Source of the DNA: Robiginitomaculum sp.
GTDB taxonomy: Bacteria > Pseudomonadota > Alphaproteobacteria > Caulobacterales > Maricaulaceae
Length of the DNA stretch: 49,597 nt
Reading direction: 5' to 3'
Assembly: GCA_002733485.1 (NCBI GenBank)
Contig: NVVU01000004.1
Location: 26,836 to 76,432 of the forward strand
A program made the position numbers and the translations under genes. Positions 8,100-18,916 of this stretch are shown in pieces (within the stretch, counting starts at the first letter, position 1; every line of letters starts with the position of its first letter). The notes under the pieces were generated by a model. That model was not told the DNA's origin. It ran no database searches and was given only the letters and a program-made list of their open reading frames with translations.

Positions 8100-11000
8100 T
8101 TAGAAATTCTCGCTTAAAGATAATAATTCTGGATCACCACCCTGGGCTGAAATATTCACGGTCAGGGTTCTTTCAGTTGCAAAACGGTGCAAATAATGTG
8201 GCCCACCGGCCTTCGGTCCGGTGCCAGATAAGCCCCGCCCGCCAAAGGGCTGGACCCCGACCACAGCGCCGACCATATTGCGGTTAACATAAACATTACC
8301 CGCCGGAATGACCGCGCTCACCTGATCAGCAAAGCTTTGCAGCCGCGAATGAATGCCCAAGGTCAGGCCATAGCCCTTGGCGGCCAGGGCCTTGCATAAT
8401 GCGCCCAGATCCTCCTGACGATAGCGCACGATGTGCAAAATCGGGCCAAAAACTTCGCGCCTTAAACTGGACAGAGCCGGAATTTCCACCAAAGCCGGGC
8501 CAAAGAAACAGCCGCCAAGTTTACTCACATCCAGTTGGTGCAACACCTTGGCATCGCAGTGCATACGCTCCAGGTGGGCCGCCAACAGCGCATGGGCGTC
8601 CTTGTCAATCACCGGACCAATATCGGTGCGCACATCCGCCGGGTCGCCAATGACAAGCGCCTGCATCGCCCCGATCAGACCTTCAATCATCAAATCCGCC
8701 GTCTCTTCGGGCACCATAAGAATGCGCAAGGCGCTGCACCTTTGCCCCGCAGAGCCAAAGGCGCTGGCCACCACATCATCAATCACCTGTTCACGCAGCG
8801 CACTGGTGTCCACCACCATGGCGTTCAAACCACCAGTTTCAGCAATCAGCGGCGCGATGGACCCTTCGCGATGGGCCAAAGCCCGGTTGATCCGCGTGGC
8901 CGTATCGGTACCGCCGGTAAAAACCACGCCGTCATGGCGCGGATCGGCGCACAGCACTGCCCCCACATCGGCCCCGGTACCCAATAGAAGGTGTAAGACC
9001 TTGCCCGGCACCCCGGCCTGATGAAACAGACGCACGGCAAATTGCGCCACCCTTGGTGTTTGCTCTGCCGGTTTGGCCAGCACCGCATTGCCCGCCGCCA
9101 GCGCGCCCATGATCTGGCCAGTAAAAATAGCCAGTGGGAAATTCCACGGACTAATACAGACAAAAATACCGCGCCCTTCAAGCGCGTAATGATTGGTCTC
9201 GCCCGCCGGCCCGGGCAGACGCACAGGGGCAGCAAACTCGGCCTTGGCCTGCGCAGCATAATAGCGGCAAAAGTCCACCGCCTCGCGCACCTCGGCAATA
9301 CCGTCTTCCAAGGTTTTGCCCGCCTCGCGCGCCATCAGCGCAATCAAGGCTGGCATATGCGCTTCCAGCGCGTCGGCGCAGGCGCGTAATACCGCAGCGC
9401 GCCCCTCGCCGCCACGGGCATTCCATGCGCTTTGGGCAAGACGCGCCTCAGTGAACGCCTGATCAATATCATCCTTTGTGGCTGCCGTTGGCAAGGCATC
9501 CAGCCCCTTGTCCTCAGGCGCGGTTAGCGCCGTTTTCAACACATCCACATGGGCTTGCTGGGTTAAATCCATGCCTTTGGCATTGCGGCGCTCCGTCCCA
9601 AAAAGGGCGGGCGGCGGCGCAATGGCGCGATTGCGCTTTAAACTGTCCAGACGGGCAAAAGGATCGGCCGCCACATCTTCAGCCGCCACACGGTCGTCCA
9701 AAAAGGAATGCACAAAAGAGGTGTTCGCCCCATTTTCCAGCAACCGGCGCACCAGATAGGGCAGCAGGTCTTCATGACTGCCCACCGGCGCATAAATCCG
9801 GCAGGTGATGTTATCATCGGCCTCTGCCGCCGCCCCATAAAGCGCCTCGCCCATGCCGTGCAGGCGCTGAAACTCTATGGCTGTGCCGCCTCTTGCCGCC
9901 ATGTGCTGCACGGCGGCCAGTGTGTGGGCATTATGGGTGGCAAATTGCGCAAACAATAAATCCGGCTCAGCCAACAGCGTGCGTGCACAGGCCAGATAGC
10001 CAAGGTCGGTCGCCGTTTTGGTGGTCCAGACGGCAAAATCCGCCATGCCCATTTGCTGGGCGTGTTTGATCTCGCTATCCCAATACGCCCCTTTAACAAG
10101 GCGCACCATAAAGCGATGACCGCTTTTACCGGCCAGTTTTTGCAAAGACCGCAAAACCCCAAGACTGCGCTTTTGATAGGCCTGTACCGCCAGCCCAAGA
10201 CCATTCCATCCCGCCAGGCTTTTTTCAAAGGACAGACGATCCAGAACTTTCAATTGCAGGATCAGCCGATCGGCTTCCTCGGCATCCAGACAAAAGCCGA
10301 TGTCGGCTTTGGCTGCGGCCTCGGCCAGCGCCAAAACCTTTGGATACATCTGCGCAAAAACCAGATCCTCATGGCGGGCATCATAGCGCGGATGCAAAGC
10401 CGAAAGCTTGACCGAAATGCCGTTGACCTCGTGCACGGCGCCCGGCCCACGCGCGTTGCCCACCGCCTTGATGGCATCAAAATAGCGCTCAAAATAGCGC
10501 GCCGCATCGCCCTGAGTGCACGCCGCTTCGCCCAGCATATCAAACGAAAAGAGCGCGCCATCCCCATGGGCCTTGGCACCCCGTTTCAGAGCGTTTTCTA
10601 TAGAGCGGCCCAAAACAAATTGTTCGCCCATAATGCGCATGGCCTGCATCACCCCGGCCCGAATCGCCGGCTCGCCTACGCGCCCGGCCAGGCGGCGCAT
10701 ATAGCCCGCCGGATCCTTCTTAAAGCCGCTATCTGGCTCAATCAGCTTGCCGGTCAGCATCAGGCCCCATGTGGAGGCATTGACCAAAAAAGAATCAGAT
10801 TGCCCGGCATGAGAACCCCAGTCCCCAGTGCCAATCTTTTCCGCAATCAAGGCATCCTTGGTTTGCGCATCTGGCACGCGTAACAAGGCCTCGGCCAGAC
10901 ACATCAGGGCAATGCCTTCCTTGTTGGAAAGGCAAAATTCCTGCAAAAAACTTTCCATCATGCCCTTAGCATGGTTGGTTTTACGGGCTTTTTTGACAAG

Positions 11001-11135
11001 CGCTATGGCACTTTTATGGACCTGTGATTGCTCTTTTGCTGACAGGCCACAGCGTTCGCCAATACCGGCCAGCGCCATATCCTCATCGGCAAATTTATCC
11101 GTATCCAGATCGTTCCAATCCAGTGAATCAACCAT
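8100..11135 (-). CDS. putA: Bifunctional proline dehydrogenase / glutamate-semialdehyde dehydrogenase
   Basis: SFDMLGE, ISVKLSALHPRY, VRLVKGAYWD, FATHNAHT, LVRRLLENGANTSF, ISPWNFP, AETGG, SAGQRCSA, QPFGG. Start moved to ATG 11135 after GGAGG. Confidence 0.95.
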   Translation of the reverse strand: MVDSLDWNDLDTDKFADEDMALAGIGERCGLSAKEQSQVHKSAIALVKKARKTNHAKGMMESFLQEFCLSNKEGIALMCLAEALLRVPDAQTKDALIAEKIGTGDWGSHAGQSDSFLVNASTWGLMLTGKLIEPDSGFKKDPAGYMRRLAGRVGEPAIRAGVMQAMRIMGEQFVLGRSIENALKRGAKAHGDGALFSFDMLGEAACTQGDAARYFERYFDAIKAVGNARGPGAVHEVNGISVKLSALHPRYDARHEDLVFAQMYPKVLALAEAAAKADIGFCLDAEEADRLILQLKVLDRLSFEKSLAGWNGLGLAVQAYQKRSLGVLRSLQKLAGKSGHRFMVRLVKGAYWDSEIKHAQQMGMADFAVWTTKTATDLGYLACARTLLAEPDLLFAQFATHNAHTLAAVQHMAARGGTAIEFQRLHGMGEALYGAAAEADDNITCRIYAPVGSHEDLLPYLVRRLLENGANTSFVHSFLDDRVAAEDVAADPFARLDSLKRNRAIAPPPALFGTERRNAKGMDLTQQAHVDVLKTALTAPEDKGLDALPTAATKDDIDQAFTEARLAQSAWNARGGEGRAAVLRACADALEAHMPALIALMAREAGKTLEDGIAEVREAVDFCRYYAAQAKAEFAAPVRLPGPAGETNHYALEGRGIFVCISPWNFPLAIFTGQIMGALAAGNAVLAKPAEQTPRVAQFAVRLFHQAGVPGKVLHLLLGTGADVGAVLCADPRHDGVVFTGGTDTATRINRALAHREGSIAPLIAETGGLNAMVVDTSALREQVIDDVVASAFGSAGQRCSALRILMVPEETADLMIEGLIGAMQALVIGDPADVRTDIGPVIDKDAHALLAAHLERMHCDAKVLHQLDVSKLGGCFFGPALVEIPALSSLRREVFGPILHIVRYRQEDLGALCKALAAKGYGLTLGIHSRLQSFADQVSAVIPAGNVYVNRNMVGAVVGVQPFGGRGLSGTGPKAGGPHYLHRFATERTLTVNISAQGGDPELLSLSENF

Positions 11136-11206
11136 GGGCTTCCTCCGCGCTGGCCGGTTCAGATTGTCCCTGAAAACCGGCGCTGGCAAGCCGCAATTAC
11201 CACCCT

Positions 11207-12928
11207 TTAATGTACTTCACGTTTGCGGGCTTGCAGATCCGTCTCATCGTCGATTTCCTCGATCAGTGGGCCGGGATCATCAGGCTGTCTGGGAAAGCCT
11301 TCCACACTCAGATCAGGGCTAGGCGCAGGCGCTGGCTTTGTCTTCTTTTCTATCGGCGTTGTTGCCTTAGGTTTGACTTTGGCCTTAGGCTTACTAGCCT
11401 TGCGCCGCCTTGGCTTTCTGGGTTTTGGCGCAGGCGCGACCCTGACCAAGTCTATAATGACCTCGTCTACGATCTCAGGCACGGTATCTGGCGCGACTGT
11501 TTGCGTGGCTGCACTCTTATCAGTTTCGCTGTCCGTTTGCGCCTCAGTGGGTACCGCTTCGTCCTCGTCCTGCCTGTCTTCCAAATAGAGAATTTGATCA
11601 GGGTTTAAAGGAATACGCTCAAAGCGTTCATGGCGCGGATGGATCAGCTCGCCCGCATCGCCATAGGAATAGACCAGCCGCGCCCAATCCTCATCGCGAT
11701 AACCAAAAGCCGGGCCTTCGGGATCAAGGTCAGACCAGTCCGGCTCGGATGGCGCAGAGAGCGAGCGGGTCAGCCAAGCATTGGCCTCCTTGCGGGTGCC
11801 CGCTTTGCGTTCAATCTGGTTCATCAAAGTACACAGCCGCGACGATGGCGGTGATTCACTTTCCAGCACCGGCATTATGGCCTCTCTGGCGGCCTCTACA
11901 TCCTCTTCATCAAGCGCAATTTCGGCGGCAAAAATACGGCTTTCCCGGTGATCCGGGTTCAGCTCGACCAAACCGCGCAAGCGCTTGGCCCGCGCCTTTG
12001 ATTTTTCGTCCTCTTTTAAATCCCGATAGGCAAGCGCCAGTGCAGGGTGCGGTTTGGCCGCCCAGGCCTCTTCGAGCAGGCCAGCGGCCCGCCATCCCTT
12101 GCCTGCGGCCACCAGAAGGCGCGCTGCCAGCGCCGCGCCCGGGGCAAAGCCCGGCGCCGCACCCACGGCCTTTTCGGCCAAACGACGCGCTTCATCCATA
12201 TCGCCGCGCGCTTCGGCCTCACCACTTTCTGCGGCCAGCAAAACCGCCCGACGGCGCTTGGCCGCCAGCGGCACAATATGGCCGCGCTTTTCCCCGCGTG
12301 ATAAGGCGGCAATCGCCCCGACCCAGTCCCGGGCAACAACTTGCGCATCAAAGAGCGCATCAAAGGCCCATTTTGCACCGGGTTCTGCATCAAGGGCCGC
12401 CATGGCCTCTTTTATGGCGGCGGCATAATCACGCCGCTCCAAGGCCGCGCGCACAAGGCCGCGCCGCGCCGCCAGCGCTGTGCGTTTATCGTCCAGCAAA
12501 GCCTGATACTGGCGCTCGGCCCCGGCAATATCGCCTACCGCCTCGGCGGCACGGGCTGCCAGCAGACCGGAAAGCGCCGGACGATCCAACAACAGCTTGA
12601 CCCGTTCCGCGTTTTTAACCGCCCCTTGGGCATCGCCAGAGGCCGCAGCAATAACCGCCTGTTCCAAAGCGTCATAGCCCTTATCCCGGCGCGATTGCGC
12701 ACGGGATTTTCGAACCTTTTCGGGAAACTCAATCAGCCAGCCAAGGCCGCGCCAGAAAAAGGCAAACACAAAGGTCAGGATCAGCAATAAGACAATGGCC
12801 ACAGCGGCACTAGTACGAATTTCCAGCCCAAAGGCGGTGACCGCCACCTGCCCCGGATGGGCCGCCAGCCAGAAGGAAAAGGCCCCGATAACAAGGCCAA
12901 TAGCGACATAAAATGCCAGACGGATCAT
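11207..12928 (-). CDS. hemY: HemY N-terminal-domain / TPR membrane protein
   Basis: Two N-terminal TM helices, helical TPR-like body (EAW...PHP.LA), PDDPGP tail; position directly after hemC-hemD-mitofilin. Confidence 0.8.
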   Translation of the reverse strand: MIRLAFYVAIGLVIGAFSFWLAAHPGQVAVTAFGLEIRTSAAVAIVLLLILTFVFAFFWRGLGWLIEFPEKVRKSRAQSRRDKGYDALEQAVIAAASGDAQGAVKNAERVKLLLDRPALSGLLAARAAEAVGDIAGAERQYQALLDDKRTALAARRGLVRAALERRDYAAAIKEAMAALDAEPGAKWAFDALFDAQVVARDWVGAIAALSRGEKRGHIVPLAAKRRRAVLLAAESGEAEARGDMDEARRLAEKAVGAAPGFAPGAALAARLLVAAGKGWRAAGLLEEAWAAKPHPALALAYRDLKEDEKSKARAKRLRGLVELNPDHRESRIFAAEIALDEEDVEAAREAIMPVLESESPPSSRLCTLMNQIERKAGTRKEANAWLTRSLSAPSEPDWSDLDPEGPAFGYRDEDWARLVYSYGDAGELIHPRHERFERIPLNPDQILYLEDRQDEDEAVPTEAQTDSETDKSAATQTVAPDTVPEIVDEVIIDLVRVAPAPKPRKPRRRKASKPKAKVKPKATTPIEKKTKPAPAPSPDLSVEGFPRQPDDPGPLIEEIDDETDLQARKREVH

Positions 12929-14157
12929 GGGTTTGCCTCCGCAGTTATGGCTTTTAGCCGGGCCAGTGCCTGTTCAAACGAAAGACGCGCCTGCACCTGC
13001 GTTAGCCAGCCTTGCGCTGCCGCGCGTGCGCTCCTGTCCAGATCGCCAAGCGCCTTGATCGCCCCGGCAAGATCATCATCACCCAAGGCCGTCTCGGCAC
13101 GGGCCAGCACTGCATCCACGCCTGTTGCCTTGTCATCGACGCGGCGCACACTGACCAGCGCGCCAAACGCGCCTTTGACCTTGTCCATCATGCCCGGTTT
13201 CGCCGCTGGGTCTTGCCCGGCGGCAGCGCGAATGGCTGGCAATTTTTTCGTAAAATCACGGATCAGCGCCGCCCGGTTGGCAATGCCAGTGCGGGCCAGT
13301 GGTGCCAGCATATGCACATCGGTATTTTGCGGCAAAAGCTGTGACAGGGTCCGCCATTCGCTTTCAAAAGGCGCGCCGCTTTGCGCCGCACTGTCCAGCG
13401 CCAACAGGCTCAAAGCCAGCGCACTGGTTCTGGGATTGTCCGTCTTTTGGGTTTCCAGCGTCAAAAGCCGGACCTCCAACGCCGCCACATCGCGGGTTAA
13501 GGTCGCAAGGCGATCAGTAATCACGGGGGAGACAGCCCCGACACTGGCCGTCAGCACGGGTGCATTTTCTAACGCCGCAAGACGGTGTTCCAGCGTGTTC
13601 AAACGCTCATCATCCAGGGGTGCGGCGGCGGTATCAGGCTTTTGTGCCAAGAGGCGCGCCTCCAATTGGTTCAGCCTTTGGGTTAGCGCCGCCAGCGCGC
13701 CCTGATCAGACGCTACAGCCGGTTCAGCCGTTTCCAAAACCGCAATGCGGGCTTGCAGATCAGCGATGACTTGATCATCCACAGATAAAGGTGCCGGTTC
13801 CGGTTTGTTTTCCAGCGCTTCAAGGCGTGCCAGCAAAGCCTTGCGGGCATTTTCCTCGCTTTGCTTCAGGCGGGTTACATCGCTTTCCAGCGTAGAAATT
13901 TGCGTTGATAGCGTGGTAATGCGGGCTTCATCACCACTCTTTTTTGCGCCAAACACGCTGCCCATATTCAGACCGGAAAATTGCAAGACAATAATCACCA
14001 CAAGGGCGGCAATACCGGCAAATCCAATTGTCCGTAATGGCAAAGGCTTTTTAGCCTTGGCGGCGGCATTGGGGGCCTCAACATCCGCCTCTTGCAGAGT
14101 TTCAAACTCGGCATCAATTGGCTCTTCACTATCGTCGGATTTGCTCTTGTCGGTCAT
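12925..14157 (-). CDS. Mitofilin-domain membrane protein (COG4223, alphaproteobacterial Mic60)
   Basis: Single TM helix, long coiled coil, then GAPF..E, LVSVRR, VLARAE.AL..DDL.GA, WL..V.ARL..EQAL; located between hemD and hemY. Confidence 0.8.
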   Translation of the reverse strand: MTDKSKSDDSEEPIDAEFETLQEADVEAPNAAAKAKKPLPLRTIGFAGIAALVVIIVLQFSGLNMGSVFGAKKSGDEARITTLSTQISTLESDVTRLKQSEENARKALLARLEALENKPEPAPLSVDDQVIADLQARIAVLETAEPAVASDQGALAALTQRLNQLEARLLAQKPDTAAAPLDDERLNTLEHRLAALENAPVLTASVGAVSPVITDRLATLTRDVAALEVRLLTLETQKTDNPRTSALALSLLALDSAAQSGAPFESEWRTLSQLLPQNTDVHMLAPLARTGIANRAALIRDFTKKLPAIRAAAGQDPAAKPGMMDKVKGAFGALVSVRRVDDKATGVDAVLARAETALGDDDLAGAIKALGDLDRSARAAAQGWLTQVQARLSFEQALARLKAITAEANP

Positions 14158-14248
14158 GGTTCGCCCGGTGGTTATCAGAATCCATAATGTAAGCGCTGTA
14201 TCGCGTGGCTGAAAGGGTAAACATGTCGCAATGCTCAATATTCATACA

Positions 14249-14968
14249 TCAATGGGGTGACAGATTTTGTACAGCTTCCCTAATTGCCCGCTCATTTGGT
14301 GTTTTGGCGCACACTATCTTGGCAAAACCAGCATCATTTATGCCTTGCGCCACATTCTGGCTAAGCGTGATTGCGCCAAGGGCAGACAAAGAAAGGTTTG
14401 CCCCCTGCGCCAGCTCCACAAAAACTTTCGCCCCGCGCGCTGAATGTAGCATCACCGCCTTGATTTTACCGTCTCTGATGGCCGCCAAAGTGCTTTTTTT
14501 TAAGGCCCCAGAGGCATGCGCTTCATAGGCCTGCCAGGTTTGCAAGTCATAGCCCCTCCCACAAAGCTCAGCCTTTACATCAAAAGAAGTATGAGCCCCC
14601 CGCGCCCACAAAAGTGCGCCATTTTGCGGCGATAGCGTATGGCAAATGTTATCACACAAGGCCCGGGCATCTTCACCTGCTGCTTTACTATGTGCAAAGC
14701 CCAGCGCCCTGGCGGCCTCGGCACTGGCCCCGGACAGGCAATAAAGCGGCAAATCCTTTGCGCCGGCCAAATGTCCCAGCGCCTTCACCCCGTGGGCGCT
14801 GGACGCCACAAGGGCCTTTATCGCCGTAATTTCTGGAAGGGGTTCATCTGTGGGGCGCACCGTAAGAGCCGGGTCCACCCACACCTCATGGCCAAGCGCC
14901 CGCAGGGCATTGGCTGTGTGCTCTGCCCCCGGCAGCGTGCGTGTGACAAGAAGGCCTAGCCGTCCCAT
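14249..14968 (-). CDS. hemD: Uroporphyrinogen-III synthase
   Basis: LLVTR.LPGAE.TA..L, SSAHGV, WARG, Y, MLHSARGA; overlaps the end of hemC. Confidence 0.85.
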   Translation of the reverse strand: MGRLGLLVTRTLPGAEHTANALRALGHEVWVDPALTVRPTDEPLPEITAIKALVASSAHGVKALGHLAGAKDLPLYCLSGASAEAARALGFAHSKAAGEDARALCDNICHTLSPQNGALLWARGAHTSFDVKAELCGRGYDLQTWQAYEAHASGALKKSTLAAIRDGKIKAVMLHSARGAKVFVELAQGANLSLSALGAITLSQNVAQGINDAGFAKIVCAKTPNERAIREAVQNLSPH

Positions 14969-15909
14969 CGGATCAGATCTTTGGCCAGTGCCGCAATGGC
15001 TTTGCCTTCTTTTTCACCTAAATTTGCGGCGCTCTTTAACGGATGCTGCCCAAGCACCATCGTCACATCACACGCCCAGCTTTTGGTCCCATCAGGGGTA
15101 TAAACCGCTCCGCGAAAACGCAAAGTCTCACCATTGATCTCTGCCAGCGCCGCTATTGGCGTGCGGCACGAGCCATCAAGGGCGGCCAAAAACGCGCGTT
15201 CCGCCGATAATCTTATGGCTGTTTGCGCACACAAAATGGACATCAAGGCCTGAACCGCCGCCGCATCGCCTTCGCGGACCTGCAAGCCAATGGCCCCTTG
15301 CGCCGGGGCGGGCAGCATTTCATCGGCTTCGATAATACCGCTGGCCTTATCGGCCAGCCCAAGGCGTTTTAACCCGGCATAGGCCAGAAAGGTTGCGTCA
15401 AAATCGCCATTGCCGATTTTTTCCAGCCGCGTGCCCACATTGCCGCGCAAAGTCTGCACCACGCAATCGGGCCTGATCTGTTGTATCTGGGCCTGACGGC
15501 GTAAAGAGGCCGTGCCAATACGCGCCCCTTCGGGCAGCGCCTGCAATGTTGCCGCGCCTTTTGAAATCAGGGCTTCGCGCGGGTCTTCGCGCGGCAAAAA
15601 CCCCGCTAGCATCAGGCCACCCGGCTGCACAACCGGCATGTCCTTCATGGAATGCACGGCCACATCAATGTCCCCATCCAGCAAGGCCTGTTCGACCTCT
15701 TTGGTGAAAAGCCCCTTGCCGCCAGCATCGATCAGGCGACGATCGGTAATGCGATCTCCGGTGGTGGTGATGCGGGTGATGGGAAAGGCGGTTTTGGCGG
15801 CATCCGCACCCGCAATTCCCCTATGCTTTGCCAGCAAAGCCCGTGTCAGACGGCTTTGCGCCAGCGCCAACGGTGATCCGCGTGATCCCAGCTTCAAGAT
15901 TGGTTGCAA
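14956..15909 (-). CDS. hemC: Hydroxymethylbilane synthase
   Basis: LGSRGSPLALAQ, GGKGLFTKE, AVHSMKD, GTASLRR, LRGNVGTR, LDGSCRTPI. TTG start at 15909 with GGAG RBS. Confidence 0.95.
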   Translation of the reverse strand: MQPILKLGSRGSPLALAQSRLTRALLAKHRGIAGADAAKTAFPITRITTTGDRITDRRLIDAGGKGLFTKEVEQALLDGDIDVAVHSMKDMPVVQPGGLMLAGFLPREDPREALISKGAATLQALPEGARIGTASLRRQAQIQQIRPDCVVQTLRGNVGTRLEKIGNGDFDATFLAYAGLKRLGLADKASGIIEADEMLPAPAQGAIGLQVREGDAAAVQALMSILCAQTAIRLSAERAFLAALDGSCRTPIAALAEINGETLRFRGAVYTPDGTKSWACDVTMVLGQHPLKSAANLGEKEGKAIAALAKDLIRWDG

Positions 15910-15973
15910 GAGTGTGCTCCGGGCGTTATCGATCCAGACATGGACATACGCCTCAAAGAGTGTGCGGTGCAAG

Positions 15974-17080
15974 ATGCATAAACCGCTAAACGTGCTGGGT
16001 CTGGAAACCAGTTGCGATGAAACCGCCGCTGCATTGGTGCATCTGGACGCCGAGGGCAAGGCCCATTATCTGGCCGACCAGATTTACAGCCAGATTGACG
16101 AGCATTCAATTTATGGCGGCGTGGTGCCGGAAATTGCCGCCCGCGCCCATGTCGGGGCGCTGGACGCGCTGATCGAGCGGGCCCTGACACAAGCCGATAT
16201 GAGTTTTGCCGCGCTTGATGGCGTTGCCGCCACCACCGGACCGGGTCTGGTAGGCGGGGTTATGGTAGGCATGATGGCGGCCAAGGCCATTGCGATGGCT
16301 CATGACATTCCTTTTATCCCTATCAATCATCTGGAAGGTCATGCGCTTAGCCCGATGTTGGCACAACACGGCGGCGGTGAACCGCTCACCTTCCCTTATC
16401 TTCTCTTGCTGGTCTCGGGCGGGCATACCCAATTGCTCAGCGTTGAAGGTCTTGGGCAATACACCCGCCTTGGCTCGACCATTGATGATGCGGTAGGCGA
16501 GGCCTTTGATAAAAGCGCCAAAATTATGGGGCTTGGGTTTCCAGGTGGCCCGGCGCTGGAACGGGCAGCGAAAAAAGGCGATGCGGCGCGTTTCTCCCTG
16601 CCAAGACCACTGACAGGCAAGCCCGGCTGTGATTTTTCCTTTGCGGGCTTAAAAAGCGCCGTGCGGCGCACCTGGGAAGCGCTGCCCGTGCATGATGATC
16701 AGGCCCGCTACGATCTGGCCGCCGCGTTTCAGCTTGCCGCCACTGATGTACTGGCCAGCCGCACCGTCAATGCCATGGATATTTTTGCCAAAACCCACGG
16801 CCCCCGCCCGCTGGTGGTGGCCGGTGGTGTCGCCGCCAACACGGCATTGCGCCTGCGCCTGATGGTTGAAGCTGAAAATAAAGGGTTTGAATTTATTGCC
16901 CCGCCTTTGGCCCTGTGCACTGATAATGGCGGTATGATTGCCCATGCTGGCGCCTTGCATTTACGCGCCGGACATAAAGGCAATCTTTCCATCAGTGCCC
17001 GGCCTCGCTGGCCATTGGACGAACAGGCAGCCAAAACACTACCGGCTTCGGGCAGCGGAAAAAAAGGACCAAAATCATGA
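15974..17080 (+). CDS. tsaD: tRNA N6-adenosine threonylcarbamoyltransferase
   Basis: [57 protein letters not shown]. Start moved to ATG 15974. Confidence 0.95.
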   Translation: MHKPLNVLGLETSCDETAAALVHLDAEGKAHYLADQIYSQIDEHSIYGGVVPEIAARAHVGALDALIERALTQADMSFAALDGVAATTGPGLVGGVMVGMMAAKAIAMAHDIPFIPINHLEGHALSPMLAQHGGGEPLTFPYLLLLVSGGHTQLLSVEGLGQYTRLGSTIDDAVGEAFDKSAKIMGLGFPGGPALERAAKKGDAARFSLPRPLTGKPGCDFSFAGLKSAVRRTWEALPVHDDQARYDLAAAFQLAATDVLASRTVNAMDIFAKTHGPRPLVVAGGVAANTALRLRLMVEAENKGFEFIAPPLALCTDNGGMIAHAGALHLRAGHKGNLSISARPRWPLDEQAAKTLPASGSGKKGPKS

Positions 17081-18075
17081 GTAATGACCTGCAAAATGTC
17101 AGTGTGATTGGCGGCGGGGCCTGGGGCACGGCGCTGGCCCAGACCTGCGCACAGGCCGGGCGCGATGTGTGCCTGTGGGCCCGCGAAGATGTTGTTGTGG
17201 ACAGCATCAATACGGCCCATGAAAATATCCGCTTTTTGCCGGGGGCGGTTTTGCACCAGAACGTGCGCGCCAGCAATGATCTGGCAGAAGCCGCCCGTGC
17301 CGACATTGTCCTGATGGTGGTGCCGGCCCAGTTCACCCGCTCTGTACTGGAAGCGCTAAAAGCACATATTCGCGAAGGCACGCCGGTACTCCTGTGCTCA
17401 AAGGGCATAGAACAACAAAGCCTGAAATTGATGAGTGATGTGCTGGTCCATACCATGCCCCAGGCCATTCCTGCGGTGCTTTCCGGCCCCAGTTTTGCCA
17501 AGGATGTGGTGCGCGGCCTGCCCACGGCGGTGACGCTGGCCTGCACTGATGCGCAGATTGGCCGCGCCTTGATGCACGCCATCGGCACGCGCAGTTTTCG
17601 CCCCTATTTAAGCGCCGATATTATCGGCGCAGAAATTGGCGGCGCGGTAAAAAATGTGCTGGCCATTGCCTGCGGTATTGTACTGGGCCGACAGCTTGGC
17701 AAAAGCGCCCATGCGGCGCTTCTCACGCGGGGCTTTGCTGAAATGACCCGCCTTGGCATGGCCTTTGGCGCCCAACCGGAAACCCTGCGCGGGCTTTGTG
17801 GTCTGGGTGATCTGGTGCTGACCTGTTCGTCCGAACAATCACGCAATATGTCTTGCGGACTGGCGCTTGGGCGCGGGGAAAGCCTTGAAGACATTTACGC
17901 CAAAGGCACCGGCGTCATCGAAGGCGCCGCCACCGCCCCGGCGCTGGCGGCACTGGCGGCACAAAAAGACGTAGACATGCCAATCAGCCTTGCCATCGCC
18001 GCCATTCTGGCCGGCAATATCGGCATTGATGAAGCCATTGAAGGTCTGCTCTCACGCCCATTTCAGGTGGAATAG
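17077..18075 (+). CDS. gpsA: NAD(P)H-dependent glycerol-3-phosphate dehydrogenase
   Basis: [51 protein letters not shown] overlap with tsaD. Confidence 0.95.
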   Translation: MSNDLQNVSVIGGGAWGTALAQTCAQAGRDVCLWAREDVVVDSINTAHENIRFLPGAVLHQNVRASNDLAEAARADIVLMVVPAQFTRSVLEALKAHIREGTPVLLCSKGIEQQSLKLMSDVLVHTMPQAIPAVLSGPSFAKDVVRGLPTAVTLACTDAQIGRALMHAIGTRSFRPYLSADIIGAEIGGAVKNVLAIACGIVLGRQLGKSAHAALLTRGFAEMTRLGMAFGAQPETLRGLCGLGDLVLTCSSEQSRNMSCGLALGRGESLEDIYAKGTGVIEGAATAPALAALAAQKDVDMPISLAIAAILAGNIGIDEAIEGLLSRPFQVE

Positions 18076-18172
18076 GGTGACATACTGGATACCACCCTAT
18101 TCCATTGCTGCATTTACCGGGTAAGGCATTTGCGATAATGTTCCCGCATTCAAAAAGGTCGGAGGTGGGTTA

Positions 18173-18871
18173 ATGTTTGGATTTGGCGTAAAAGAAGAAG
18201 ATTATAAAGCTGAAGAAAAACACATAAGGGAACAGTTACTAGGAGAAACTCTGCATAAGCCAGAACACAAAGATTTTGATCTTAGTTTTTTTGAGGGACT
18301 GAAAAATTGGTTCGGCTATAAAGACACAAAGTGGGCGTACAAATATTTTGATAAATATCAAGATATTCTGAATGCACGACTAGCCCCATTACAAGACCTG
18401 AACATTGGTAACTGGGTAATAGAACGCCGAAGTGAGACTGAAGTTGACCGATACCTAGGATATGATGAACCACTCCCAGGCCTTACCTACAATGTGTATT
18501 ATAATACCCTAAAAACGGGAGTTATCGTCCTCCGTCCAAACCCCTTCCCTGTCTGGACCCATTTTGACGATGACCTTACCAAAGGTGAGGCCTTAGCCAA
18601 AAAGTATTTCAGCGTTTTAGTTCACATTGAAATTGAAAATGCCCCGCTGTTTGATAAGGAGCAACTTGGTTGGCTTATAGGGCTGGCTTCTGGCCTAGTT
18701 GATCAACTTCCTATCTCAACATCTACTGGGAACCACGCGTTCAGATTTGAGAAAGCGGCCTCAGATGCACTTTGGGAAAGCCATCGTTTGGGCCATAATC
18801 TTGTTCCGTTAATTTATGATTTTTACGGCGCAGTTTTGAAAAAAGAAGTAGAGGATTATCTTAACGATTAA
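18173..18871 (+). CDS. Hypothetical protein, AT-rich orphan
   Basis: 232-codon ORF with a strong GGAGGT RBS, filling the gpsA-nupC gap; no recognisable motif. Confidence 0.7.
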   Translation: MFGFGVKEEDYKAEEKHIREQLLGETLHKPEHKDFDLSFFEGLKNWFGYKDTKWAYKYFDKYQDILNARLAPLQDLNIGNWVIERRSETEVDRYLGYDEPLPGLTYNVYYNTLKTGVIVLRPNPFPVWTHFDDDLTKGEALAKKYFSVLVHIEIENAPLFDKEQLGWLIGLASGLVDQLPISTSTGNHAFRFEKAASDALWESHRLGHNLVPLIYDFYGAVLKKEVEDYLND

Positions 18872-18916
18872 CAAACAGTGGGACAGCTTAAGCGTAGTGA
18901 CACACGCCAACGTCCG

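Noticed and set aside
15512..16059. Apparent large antisense overlap of tsaD and hemC
   Set aside because: Both track starts are over-extended; family motifs begin at 15974 (+) and 15909 (-), leaving a normal divergent gap.
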